Assembly (NCBI GenBank): GCA_964509195.1
Contig: CAZDWJ010000008.1
Span: forward strand, 61,190-125,189
Direction: 5' to 3'
Length of the DNA stretch: 64,000 nt
Source of the DNA: an uncultured Leptospira sp.
Lineage (GTDB): Bacteria; Spirochaetota; UBA4802; UB4802
Shown here: positions 40,715-49,500 of the stretch, in pieces
Position numbering within the stretch: the first letter of the stretch is position 1
How the letters are laid out: every line of letters begins with the position of its first letter
The notes under the pieces: model-generated
What the model saw: only the letters and a program-made list of their open reading frames with translations
The model's database searches: none
What the model was told of the DNA's origin: nothing
Translations under genes and position numbers: made by a program

Positions 40715-41419
40715 ATGGCACCAGCATATTCGCATGACGAAATTATAAAACTTTGTGAGCGATTGGAGAAAACCTACACGCCAGCAGTGTGTGATACGCT
40801 TGATGAGATGGGCTTTATGCATCAGGCAATGTGTTCTGGATTTATGCCCATTATGCCACGCGCTGCTGTTGCAGGGCCTGCATTTACAATGGAAGAAGCA
40901 AAGACACGCAAAAGCACACGATTAAAAGAGTATGATCCGGAATTTGTTGCCAAGGTGCTTGAGGATCTGTTTGGCACCATGCAAAAGGGGCAGGTGGTAG
41001 CAGTGAATACTAATGAATTTTACGGTGCAGGTGCGTGGGGTGAGCTTATGTCAACGACGTGCAAATTTTTTGGCGGCGTAAAAGGCGCTGTGGTTGATGG
41101 GCCAATTCGGGATATTAATCGCATTCTGGAAATTGAGTTTCCTGTGTGGGCACGCGGTAATATCCCCACCGATTCAATAGGAAGGGTTGATCTTGTTGGC
41201 ATTGGTGGTCCTATATGGTGTGGTGGCGTGCGGGTAAATCCCGGTGACATTATTTTTGCCGACTGTGATGGAGTGGTAGTTATTCCAATGAAGGATGTTG
41301 ATTTAAAAGAAGTGGTTGAAAAAGCAGAAGAGGTGGTGCAGGCAGAACGGCGTTCACGCCAGGAGATACGGCAGGGCAAGTCATTGCTTGATGTGTACCG
41401 CAAATATGGAAAGCTGTAA
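40715..41419 (+). CDS. RraA-family protein (class II pyruvate-aldolase / RNase E inhibitor fold)
   Basis: 234 aa. GGVKGAVVDGPIRDINRILEIEFPVWARG ... VNPGDIIFADCDGVVVIP matches the RraA/HMG-CHA aldolase family pattern. Confidence 0.8.
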   Translation: MAPAYSHDEIIKLCERLEKTYTPAVCDTLDEMGFMHQAMCSGFMPIMPRAAVAGPAFTMEEAKTRKSTRLKEYDPEFVAKVLEDLFGTMQKGQVVAVNTNEFYGAGAWGELMSTTCKFFGGVKGAVVDGPIRDINRILEIEFPVWARGNIPTDSIGRVDLVGIGGPIWCGGVRVNPGDIIFADCDGVVVIPMKDVDLKEVVEKAEEVVQAERRSRQEIRQGKSLLDVYRKYGKL

Positions 41420-41433
41420 TGTGAGGAAAGGAT

Positions 41434-42405
41434 ATGAAAACAATAGTTGTAACGGGATGTTCAGGGTATCTGGGGCAGCATGTAGTGCAAACGTTACTAC
41501 AGGAACAATATGCAGTCACCGGCATTGATATAAAAGAATCACCGGCACAGGGTCAGAGCAATTTTACGTTTGTCAAAGGCGATATTGTTGATTCTGAATT
41601 TGTGATGAATGCCTGTAAAAATGCTAATGCCGTAGTCCATTGTGCTGCTGCGCTTGCGCAATTTGTCAAAGATGCACAACGCATGCATGATATAAATGTA
41701 ATTGGTACAAAGAATATCATTGGAGCGTGTAAAAAACATGCCATAAAACAATTAGTATTTATCTCATCGGTTGAAGTGTATGGTATTGATGTGCCCGTTC
41801 CCTGTCCTGAGGATGCACCTTTGCGCCCTGTATGTCCATACGGCGAACACAAGGTTGAAGGGGAGCGGATGTGTGCAGAATTAGCCGGGAAAGGCTGTGG
41901 TGTTGCAATCCTCAGACCACCAACAATTAACGGACCCGGGCAAAACGAGCCTTTCCTTGTTGAACAGATGAAAGCTATAAAACAAGGAAAGCCAGTAATT
42001 CTTCCAGGTGGAGGAAAAACACGATTGCAGATGGTGGATGTCCGCGATGTTGCTCAGGCAGTGCTGCTGTCACTCAAAAAAGTTAGCAAAGGAGTACTCA
42101 TTGCAAATATTGCTAGCGATAATGTGCCTACCATCCGCCAGATGGTAAAAGCTCTGTTTAATCATGCAGGAAAGAAAGAAAAGATACTATCTGTACCTGC
42201 ACCTGTAGCACGTGCTATTGTCAAAACCCTTTCATTGTTTGGCATATCACCGCTGGAACCACAACATCTGGAAATAGCACTGCGCGATTATGTGTTTGAT
42301 AATACACGAGCAAAGAAAGAGTTGGGATGGAAACCAACCAAAAATGACATTGAAAGCGCTATTGATGCATATGAGTGGTTTATCCACCACAATCCTTCGA
42401 CGTAG
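41434..42405 (+). CDS. NAD-dependent epimerase/dehydratase family (extended SDR) protein
   Basis: VTGCSGYLGQHVV Rossmann motif, catalytic YxxxK (YGEHK). 323 aa. Confidence 0.8.
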   Translation: MKTIVVTGCSGYLGQHVVQTLLQEQYAVTGIDIKESPAQGQSNFTFVKGDIVDSEFVMNACKNANAVVHCAAALAQFVKDAQRMHDINVIGTKNIIGACKKHAIKQLVFISSVEVYGIDVPVPCPEDAPLRPVCPYGEHKVEGERMCAELAGKGCGVAILRPPTINGPGQNEPFLVEQMKAIKQGKPVILPGGGKTRLQMVDVRDVAQAVLLSLKKVSKGVLIANIASDNVPTIRQMVKALFNHAGKKEKILSVPAPVARAIVKTLSLFGISPLEPQHLEIALRDYVFDNTRAKKELGWKPTKNDIESAIDAYEWFIHHNPST

Positions 42406-42540
42406 CATTGAAAATAATGGAATTAGCTATGAAACAGGGGGTTCCACTGCAAAAATTAGTCACTCATAAATTTAGCATTGATGAAGCTGAAGCGGCATTG
42501 CTACGAAGTGATTACATGAAAGCAGTAATTGTGCCATAAG
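42375..42540 (+). pseudogene. relic 3' end (about 50 codons) of a zinc-dependent MDR dehydrogenase gene
   Basis: Translates to ...SFDVALKIMELAMKQGVPLQKLVTHKFSIDEAEAALLRSDYMKAVIVP*. This is the typical C-terminus of threonine/sorbitol-dehydrogenase-like MDRs (..iTH.F.L.e...Af......K.vi). No N-terminal part exists. It overlaps the SDR gene's last 30 nt in another frame. Confidence 0.45.
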
Positions 42541-42560
42541 TATATTGATGAGGATGAGTC

Positions 42561-43262
42561 ATGAACATTTTTTTTATATTAATTGGACAGGCAACCGTTG
42601 TTATTAACGTAAATGGGATAGTCTTTATGACCGATCCCTGGTGGGGCTCTTTTGAATTTTTGCGTGCAGTCCCATTGTCAATAAATCCAGAGGAAATATC
42701 ACCTCTGCATTATATGCTAGTTTCACATAATCACATTGATCATTGGTGTGAGAGTGCCATCAAACTGGCAAAAGAAAAGGATTGCATGGTTATAGGGTCA
42801 ACAAAATCGGTAAAACGTGCCCGTAAAAAGAGTGTTAAACAATGTAAGGCTCTGACCCCGGGCGATAGTGTTGATTGCAATGGTGTTATGGTGTATGCGG
42901 TTCCAGGATTTCATCCATTTGCAAAGGATGCAATAGGCTTTATCATACAAAAAGGTAATATTACACTGTATTTTTCGGGGGATACGCTGTACACTGAAAA
43001 TTTACTCAAGGCTCTGACCCCATACTCAGTAACTATCGCCATGATACAGGTTGCCTGTTCCACCTACCCACTGGTGGGTAAAGACGGGATGGATTTGGAG
43101 GCGGCATCACGCTTTGTTGCAGATGTAAAACCTGGGATTGTAATACCCATACACTATCAGATAAAGGGAAAGTACCTCACTTACGCGCAGTTACAAAACT
43201 GGAACGTTGATGCACAAAAAATTATTTTGCCCCATGGGAAGGAGTTTCATTTGCAAATATAA
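42561..43262 (+). CDS. MBL-fold metallo-hydrolase (possible lactonase)
   Basis: 233 aa. HNHIDHW metal-binding motif. Confidence 0.7.
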   Translation: MNIFFILIGQATVVINVNGIVFMTDPWWGSFEFLRAVPLSINPEEISPLHYMLVSHNHIDHWCESAIKLAKEKDCMVIGSTKSVKRARKKSVKQCKALTPGDSVDCNGVMVYAVPGFHPFAKDAIGFIIQKGNITLYFSGDTLYTENLLKALTPYSVTIAMIQVACSTYPLVGKDGMDLEAASRFVADVKPGIVIPIHYQIKGKYLTYAQLQNWNVDAQKIILPHGKEFHLQI

Positions 43263-43508
43263 GGGAACTTTTAAAAAACCATTTATAAGGTTGTTCCCTT
43301 GTGGGCACAATATATAGGCAAAAACCGCTTTTTTGCTGCTAATTGTAAGGATGAAAGTGGTTTTTAGAGGTGCCCATAATTTCTGGGATTTTAGTGCAAT
43401 TGTTGTAACAAAATGAGAATAGCATGAAAATGTTATATTGATCACTACCAAAAGGAGAAACATCCAGGGTTGTAAAGACTAAATTTTCGATCGCATAATG
43501 ACCTCAAA

Positions 43509-44858
43509 ATGACATTACAAAAAAATATTTTGGAGGAAAGTATGATAGAAAAGCCACCTTCTGGTTTTAACCTCATCAAAGTGTTGGGTCCGGGGCTTGT
43601 GTGGTCGGCAAGTGCAATTGGGGTGTCAGAGCTTGTGTTTGCCACACGTTCTGGCGCGTTATTTGGATATTTGTTGTTATGGGCGCCGATTGTATCTCTT
43701 GTGATGAAGTATGCTATCTTTGAGCTGGTTGGCCGATACACCATTGCAACAGGTCAAAATGTCCTGATTGCATTTGCCCAGGTTGAAATTGATCTAAAAC
43801 TTTTCAAACTAAAAACCGGGTGGGTGATAACACTTTTCTGGATAGTGTTTATTGCAAGTGTTTCAGGAATAGCAGGTATTGCCTTGTCGGTTGGTAGCTG
43901 CATATACGGGCTTGTTCCTGCAATTTCAATGGAGATGGCAACGGTGTGTTCGATAGTAGCTGTTGGAATAATTTTGTATTTAGGAAGTTATGTAACGCTG
44001 GAAAAAATATCACGGGTGCTGGTTTTTGTAATGATACTGTTTTTAGTGTATGCATTAATCGAAACTTCTCCCAATCCAGCTGAGATGGCAGGTGGTCTGC
44101 TACCACGGGCGCCGTTTTACACGTTACGTGAGCTCATTCCGCTTTTAGGGTGGACTGGTGCAGGAGCCATAGGCGTGGTATGGTATTCATTATGGATAGA
44201 AGGCAGTAAACGTGGTAAAGGCGATAACACCATAGATACAGACGAAGACAAGCACAGGATAAAAAAATGGATAACCATTAATCAAATAGATTTAAGCATT
44301 AACACTCTCATCACCGCACTGTTAACAGTATTGTTTTTGATTGCAGGTGCAGTGATATTATACCCCAGAGGTATAGTTCCTAAAGGTGAGCAATTAGGCC
44401 TGCACATATCACAGATTGCAGGGGAGAGCTTTGGCAAAGCAGGCGAGATAATTTTTCTTGTTGGCATCTTTGGCACACTGTTTAGCACATTGCTTGCAAA
44501 TATTGATGGATTATGCCGTGTAGCATCTAACTCTGTGTGGTATAGGCGCAAAAAAGATGGCGATAGCAAGTTGCATTATTATAGACTTTTTGTTTTTGTT
44601 TACGTGATACTCACAGCTCTGTTTGCAGTGGTTTTTCCTGCCCCGGTAATACTATTGCAAATTTCTGCAATCATTGATACAGTTTTTTTGCCACTGGTTA
44701 TTGGTCTTGGTATCTACATCTGCCACACACACCTGCCAGATATCTACCGGCCGGGGAAGACACTTACCATAACTGCAATAGCATCAGCACTTTTTTTTAC
44801 TTTTTTTATTGGACTATTTTTCTGGGCTGTGATAATGAAAGTTAACTTTTCAATGTAA
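43509..44858 (+). CDS. Nramp-fold (APC/LeuT superfamily) transporter lacking the canonical metal-binding motifs
   Basis: 449 aa, 11-12 TM helices. The TM1 region GPGLVWSASAIGVSE...FGYLLLW aligns to the Nramp GPGFLMSIAYIDPGN...GFKLLW block with DPGN replaced by GVSE. The TM6 MPH position reads WYS. Confidence 0.6.
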   Translation: MTLQKNILEESMIEKPPSGFNLIKVLGPGLVWSASAIGVSELVFATRSGALFGYLLLWAPIVSLVMKYAIFELVGRYTIATGQNVLIAFAQVEIDLKLFKLKTGWVITLFWIVFIASVSGIAGIALSVGSCIYGLVPAISMEMATVCSIVAVGIILYLGSYVTLEKISRVLVFVMILFLVYALIETSPNPAEMAGGLLPRAPFYTLRELIPLLGWTGAGAIGVVWYSLWIEGSKRGKGDNTIDTDEDKHRIKKWITINQIDLSINTLITALLTVLFLIAGAVILYPRGIVPKGEQLGLHISQIAGESFGKAGEIIFLVGIFGTLFSTLLANIDGLCRVASNSVWYRRKKDGDSKLHYYRLFVFVYVILTALFAVVFPAPVILLQISAIIDTVFLPLVIGLGIYICHTHLPDIYRPGKTLTITAIASALFFTFFIGLFFWAVIMKVNFSM

Positions 44859-44868
44859 GCACGTAAGT

Positions 44869-45891
44869 ATGAATACTGTTATGTTCGATAGCTCAAAATA
44901 TTTTATCTGCTTTGGGGAAGTGCTCCTACGCATGTCACCACCAGATACTCAGCAGTTGATGCAAACAAATGTGTTTCATTCATATTTTGGTGGTGCTGAA
45001 GCCAATTGTGCAGTGTTGCTATCGCAGCTTGGATTAAAAACAAAATTAATTACTGCAATACCTGATAATGACCTTGGGAAGGCTTTAGTGCGATATTTTA
45101 GATCATTTGGTATTGCTATGGATAATGTCATAGTAGTGCAAGATGCACGAGTGGGAGTTTATTTTTATGAAAAAGGCATAGGTGTGCGTCCTTCACGATT
45201 AATATACGACCGGGGTCACAGTGCGTTTGCATTAATACAAAAAGGTGACATCAACTGGGAAGAGGTTTTGAAAGACTGTGGCTGGTTTCATACTACAGGG
45301 ATAACGCTTTCACTATCGCCGGTAATAGTTGAAGAAACACTGAAAGCATGTGACATTGTGAAGAGTACTCACGGCATTGTATCGTTTGACATTAATTATC
45401 GCTCAACATTATGGAAAGATATACAGTTAGCTAAAAGTATTATTGGCGAATTTGTAAAAAAAGTAGATGTGTTAATTGGGAATGAAGAACATATAAAGAT
45501 GCTTTTATTGTCGGAGAATGTATCACACTATTATGATATTATAGATTATCTTTTTACAAAGTTTCCCAATTTGAACAGTATATTGCTAACACATCGATAT
45601 GGTACAACCGCTTCTGAGGTTGAAATAGGAGCAGTAGCAGCAACACATGATGCTAGTACAGAATTAAAAATTAGAAAACTGCATAATGTTGTTGACCGGG
45701 TGGGTTCAGGAGACGCGATGGCAGCAGCGTTTATGTACGGATTAATGAGTAGCTACACGTTAGAATACTGTGTTGATTTTGCTATAGCAGCTGGTGGTCT
45801 GGCGCATATGATCGATGGTGATAATTTTATTGTGAGTGCTAACGATATCCTTACAGTAATGAAAGATGCAGGCTGGCAATTAATCCGGTAA
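44869..45891 (+). CDS. kdgK: PfkB-family sugar kinase, 2-dehydro-3-deoxygluconokinase-like
   Basis: 340 aa. GGAEAN, DINYRSTLW (KdgK DNNYRPRLW) and the C-terminal GSGDAMAAAF anion-hole motif. Confidence 0.75.
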   Translation: MNTVMFDSSKYFICFGEVLLRMSPPDTQQLMQTNVFHSYFGGAEANCAVLLSQLGLKTKLITAIPDNDLGKALVRYFRSFGIAMDNVIVVQDARVGVYFYEKGIGVRPSRLIYDRGHSAFALIQKGDINWEEVLKDCGWFHTTGITLSLSPVIVEETLKACDIVKSTHGIVSFDINYRSTLWKDIQLAKSIIGEFVKKVDVLIGNEEHIKMLLLSENVSHYYDIIDYLFTKFPNLNSILLTHRYGTTASEVEIGAVAATHDASTELKIRKLHNVVDRVGSGDAMAAAFMYGLMSSYTLEYCVDFAIAAGGLAHMIDGDNFIVSANDILTVMKDAGWQLIR

Positions 45892-46860
45892 GTGGGGGGG
45901 GTTATGGTATCAAAAAAAAGAAGATACATCATAGCTCTTGTAATCGCAGCATGCATTGTACTGGTGGTAATCTGTAAACCAGTTGATAAAGGAAAACCAT
46001 ATAATGATTACTTTGCTTCACTAAATAAAGAATTAAAAACAAGTGGGATTGCATTACCGTGTATCATAATAGATCTTGACTGAGTAGACCATAATATACA
46101 TCAAATGAACAGTTTACTGAAAGCTCCACTTAATTATCGTATAGTAACAAAATCACTGCCTTCCATAGAGTTGCTGGATTATGTGATGAAAAAAAACCAG
46201 CACTAATAAGCTCATGGAATTTCATCAACCATATCTGTCGCTTATAGTAAAAAAGTATGGTTATAACCTGGATATTCTTTTGGGTAAGCCGTTTCCCATA
46301 CAAAGCGTACAAAAATTTTATAATGATTTTCCAAAGAGTGACTATCAGCAGTTATTTGGTGAATGATATTGCAGCAGGCTCATGTGTGGTTAAACCATCT
46401 ACTTTTGATTTTTTTACTCTTGATACACATATTCCAGCACTATTTATTGCAGCTCCAATTTTGAAAAAAATTAATAGCTATGAGGTGCCATTTCTTGAAC
46501 TGTTTAACTGACTGATAGAGTGATGGGATCCAAACTGCAGGCAAACATATTATACGTATGGTGGTGGGTGGAACGAACTTATAGATTCTCCTGAAGGTGT
46601 TTTTGTAAATGCACTGACTGCAAGCCCTCCCAACGAAAATTTGCTTCCCAATCAGAGTATGCTGAATGGGTCATCGTCAACAAAACTTGAAGTGGGGGAT
46701 TTTGTCTTTTATAGGCCAAAACAGGGGGATGCGTTATTTCATTTCTGAGATATTATCGTTATTAGGAATGGTAAAATCATTGCATCGTGGAAACCATTTC
46801 CTGAAAGATTTTAATTTTACAATATCTTTACAGGGTCTTCATAATTTCTTTATAATTATG
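45892..46860 (+). pseudogene. frameshifted remnant of a DSD1-family PLP enzyme gene (D-serine deaminase / D-threonine aldolase-like, alanine-racemase-fold)
   Basis: Segments in three frames: ...GIALPCIIIDLD* / VDHNIHQMNSLLKAPLNYRIVTKSLPSIELL / KLMEFHQPYLSLIVKKYGYNLDILLGKPFP / EGVFVNALTASPPNENLLPNQSMLNGSSSTKLEVGDFVFYRPKQGDALFHF* / DIIVIRNGKIIASWKPFPE. They follow the N- and C-terminal domain order of DSD1 enzymes but are interrupted by multiple stops and frameshifts. Confidence 0.5.
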
Positions 46861-47005
46861 AGATTTGTTACAGTTAATAGTTAATTCCTATCAGTTATTG
46901 GAATACATTTTTTCAATTTCATATCTGTTGTAGTGGTATTGCTTTTAGCAGCAGCATTGGAAAGTGTATTAAAGGAATTTATAAAACAAATAATAGTAAA
47001 TTGCT

Positions 47006-47914
47006 ATGTTAAAAGATACTTTAAAATCAGCACTTAATATCCACAACGTAAGCGACAAAATGGTGAAATATATCTTCGCTGTTGTGGGATTTTTATCTGT
47101 TTCGTTTTTGTTTTTGATCATGATATTCCTCTTCAAGGAAGGTCTTCCAATTTTTAAAACGGTCAGTCTAAAGGATTTCATTTTTGGAACAAGTTGGTAT
47201 CCAACGTCAGAACCTCCAAAATTTGGGACGTTGCCATTGATTGTAGCATCATTATCAGTTACATTTGTTGCTGCTATTTTAGCTGTGCCATTCAGTTTAG
47301 GGATAGCAATCTATTTATCAGAATTGGCACCTGCATTTGTCCGTGAAATCGTCAAGCCAACCATTGAACTTATAGCATCTATTCCATCGGTTATCATTGG
47401 TTTTTTTGGAATGGTTGTTATTGCTCCATTTCTACAGTACCATTTTGATATTGATACTGGGTTGAATCTTTTTAATGCTTCAATCATGCTTGCTTTTATG
47501 GCAATACCAACAATCGCAAGCATATCAGAGGATGCTTTATCATCTGTACCGATATCATTGAAAGAGGCATCATACGCGCTTGGTGCAAACCGTTGGCAGA
47601 CAATTGTGCACATCACTATGCCTGCAGCTCTTTCAGGTATATGGACAGCTATTATACTAGGTATAGCACGAGTTCTTGGCGAAACAATGGTGGTGCTTAT
47701 GGTAGCTGGTGGTGCAACAACATTTCCCACATCGCTGTTTGACCCGGTGAGACCATTGACATCAAATATTGCTGCTGAAATGGCAGAGGCATCATATCGC
47801 AGTGACCATTATTTTGCATTGTTTGCAATAGGCATAATATTGTTTCTGCTTACGATGCTTTTTAATATTATAGCTAACTACCTTTCATTACGATATAAAT
47901 TCAAATATCATTAA
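47006..47914 (+). CDS. pstC: phosphate ABC transporter permease
   Basis: 302 aa, 6 TM helices, EAA-like loop region. 8 nt upstream of pstA. Confidence 0.85.
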   Translation: MLKDTLKSALNIHNVSDKMVKYIFAVVGFLSVSFLFLIMIFLFKEGLPIFKTVSLKDFIFGTSWYPTSEPPKFGTLPLIVASLSVTFVAAILAVPFSLGIAIYLSELAPAFVREIVKPTIELIASIPSVIIGFFGMVVIAPFLQYHFDIDTGLNLFNASIMLAFMAIPTIASISEDALSSVPISLKEASYALGANRWQTIVHITMPAALSGIWTAIILGIARVLGETMVVLMVAGGATTFPTSLFDPVRPLTSNIAAEMAEASYRSDHYFALFAIGIILFLLTMLFNIIANYLSLRYKFKYH

Positions 47915-47922
47915 AGGAAACT

Positions 47923-48789
47923 ATGGCATCATTACAGGCAAAAGCGAAAGCAATTGAAAAAACATCATTCATAATAATCAGTTCTCTGTCATATATCATA
48001 ATAGCGTTCCTGTTGTTTGTGCTGGGGTACATATTTTTACAGGGTTATCGAGCATTATCATGGGAATTTTTAACTGCATTCCCAAAAAACGAAATGCGTG
48101 AGGGGGGAATCTACCCGGCAATATTAGGAACATTCTACCTTATGGTAGGCTCTTCAGTTATATCGGTTCCTATTGGTATCATGACAGCAATATATTTGAC
48201 TGAGTATGTGGAAAATATTAAGGTGCTCCAATTCATACGGTTGGGTATCAATAATCTAGCTGGTGTACCATCGGTAGTATTTGGCCTTTTTGGATTAAGT
48301 GTTTTTGTTATATTCCTGGATTTTGGTTCTTCTATTGTTGCTGGATCACTAACATTGGGAATTCTCAACCTTCCGCTCGTCATACGTTCAACCGAGGAAG
48401 CACTGCTAACAGTGCCAATTTCATATCGTGAAGCTTCGTTATCGTTAGGTGCAACCAAATGGCAGACAATTTATAAGATAGTTCTGCCAACAGCTCTACC
48501 GGGTATACTGACGGGCATTATGCTGTCACTGGGAAGAGCAGCAGGGGAGACAGCTCCGATAATGTTTACCTGCGCTACATTTTACACACCGCATATCCCT
48601 GACTCCCTGTTCAGTGAAGTGATGGCGCTGCCCTATCACATTTATGTACTGGCTACAGCAGGAACTCACATTGAAGCAACACGGCATATACAATATGGAA
48701 CAGCGATAGTACTTATTGCACTGGTGTTGGGATTAAATTTTACCGGCATGGTATTGCGGTACAAATACAGAAAGAAATTTAAACAGTAG
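47923..48789 (+). CDS. pstA: phosphate ABC transporter permease
   Basis: 288 aa. PstA-type permease with conserved loop region. Confidence 0.85.
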   Translation: MASLQAKAKAIEKTSFIIISSLSYIIIAFLLFVLGYIFLQGYRALSWEFLTAFPKNEMREGGIYPAILGTFYLMVGSSVISVPIGIMTAIYLTEYVENIKVLQFIRLGINNLAGVPSVVFGLFGLSVFVIFLDFGSSIVAGSLTLGILNLPLVIRSTEEALLTVPISYREASLSLGATKWQTIYKIVLPTALPGILTGIMLSLGRAAGETAPIMFTCATFYTPHIPDSLFSEVMALPYHIYVLATAGTHIEATRHIQYGTAIVLIALVLGLNFTGMVLRYKYRKKFKQ

Positions 48790-48961
48790 TGTTTTTATTT
48801 TACTCTAAAAGTTTTAATTAAATTGCACCAGCCTCTTTTGATAAAAAATGTGATTTTCATTCTGTATCTGTGACGATTTTGCACTGCAATGAAATTGTTA
48901 AGATGATATTGTTAACAAGCACACATTGTGATAAACTGTAATAATGAAAATATTTACATAG

Positions 48962-49156
48962 AATGATGAAAAGAATACACTATTGAAAAGAACCGGAGTA
49001 TTTCTTTTTAAGGTTGTGGTTAATTGTATTCAAGAGGGCAAATTATTGTCAATTGTTGAGCATAAAAATCCAGATAGATATCCTAACCAAAGGATGTACA
49101 TAATTGAGTTTAACAATTATGTATATTTAGTCCCTTTTATTAAAACTGAAAAGTAA
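48962..49156 (+). pseudogene. possible remnant of a small toxin gene (partner of the adjacent BrnA-like antitoxin relic)
   Basis: Open frame without ATG: ...KRTGVFLFKVVVNCIQEGKLLSIVEHKNPDRYPNQRMYIIEFNNYVYLVPFIKTEK*. A short ATG frame MMKRIHY* precedes it in frame +1. Composition resembles small toxins that pair with COG3514-type antitoxins. Family assignment is uncertain. Confidence 0.25.
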
Positions 49157-49237
49157 ATTTTTTTGAAAACAATTATTCCCATAAGAAGAGCAACGAAATT
49201 TTCTCTAGAGGAAAATAAAAAAACAAATTTAGTAAAT

Positions 49238-49500
49238 ATGAAAAGAGATGTAGTAGAATTTTATAAAAATAATGAGTTAGAAAGAAGTTAAGGGGATAAA
49301 GAATAAAATTAAAAGACATGGAAGCCATGCAAAAGCTGCTTTAAAGAACGATAAACGCGTAAATATACGAATTTCACAAAAGAATCTTGAATCATTACAA
49401 AATAGCGTTGGAAGAAGGTATTCCTTACCAAACTTTGATGTCCAGTGTACTTCGTAAATATGCAAATGGGAAATTAGTTGAAGTTAAGAAATATAAATAA
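49238..49500 (+). pseudogene. BrnA-like (COG3514, ribbon-helix-helix) antitoxin gene disrupted by frameshifts
   Basis: Frame 1: MKRDVVEFYKNNELERS*. Frame 2: ...KRHGSHAKAALKNDKRVNIRISQKNLESLQN. Frame 3: IALEEGIPYQTLMSSVLRKYANGKLVEVKKYK*. The joined text matches the BrnA hallmark K.V..Rld.d.l......G.gYQT.in..Lr.Y. The second shift is at the A-run TTACAAAATAGCG (about 49396-49408). Confidence 0.4.
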
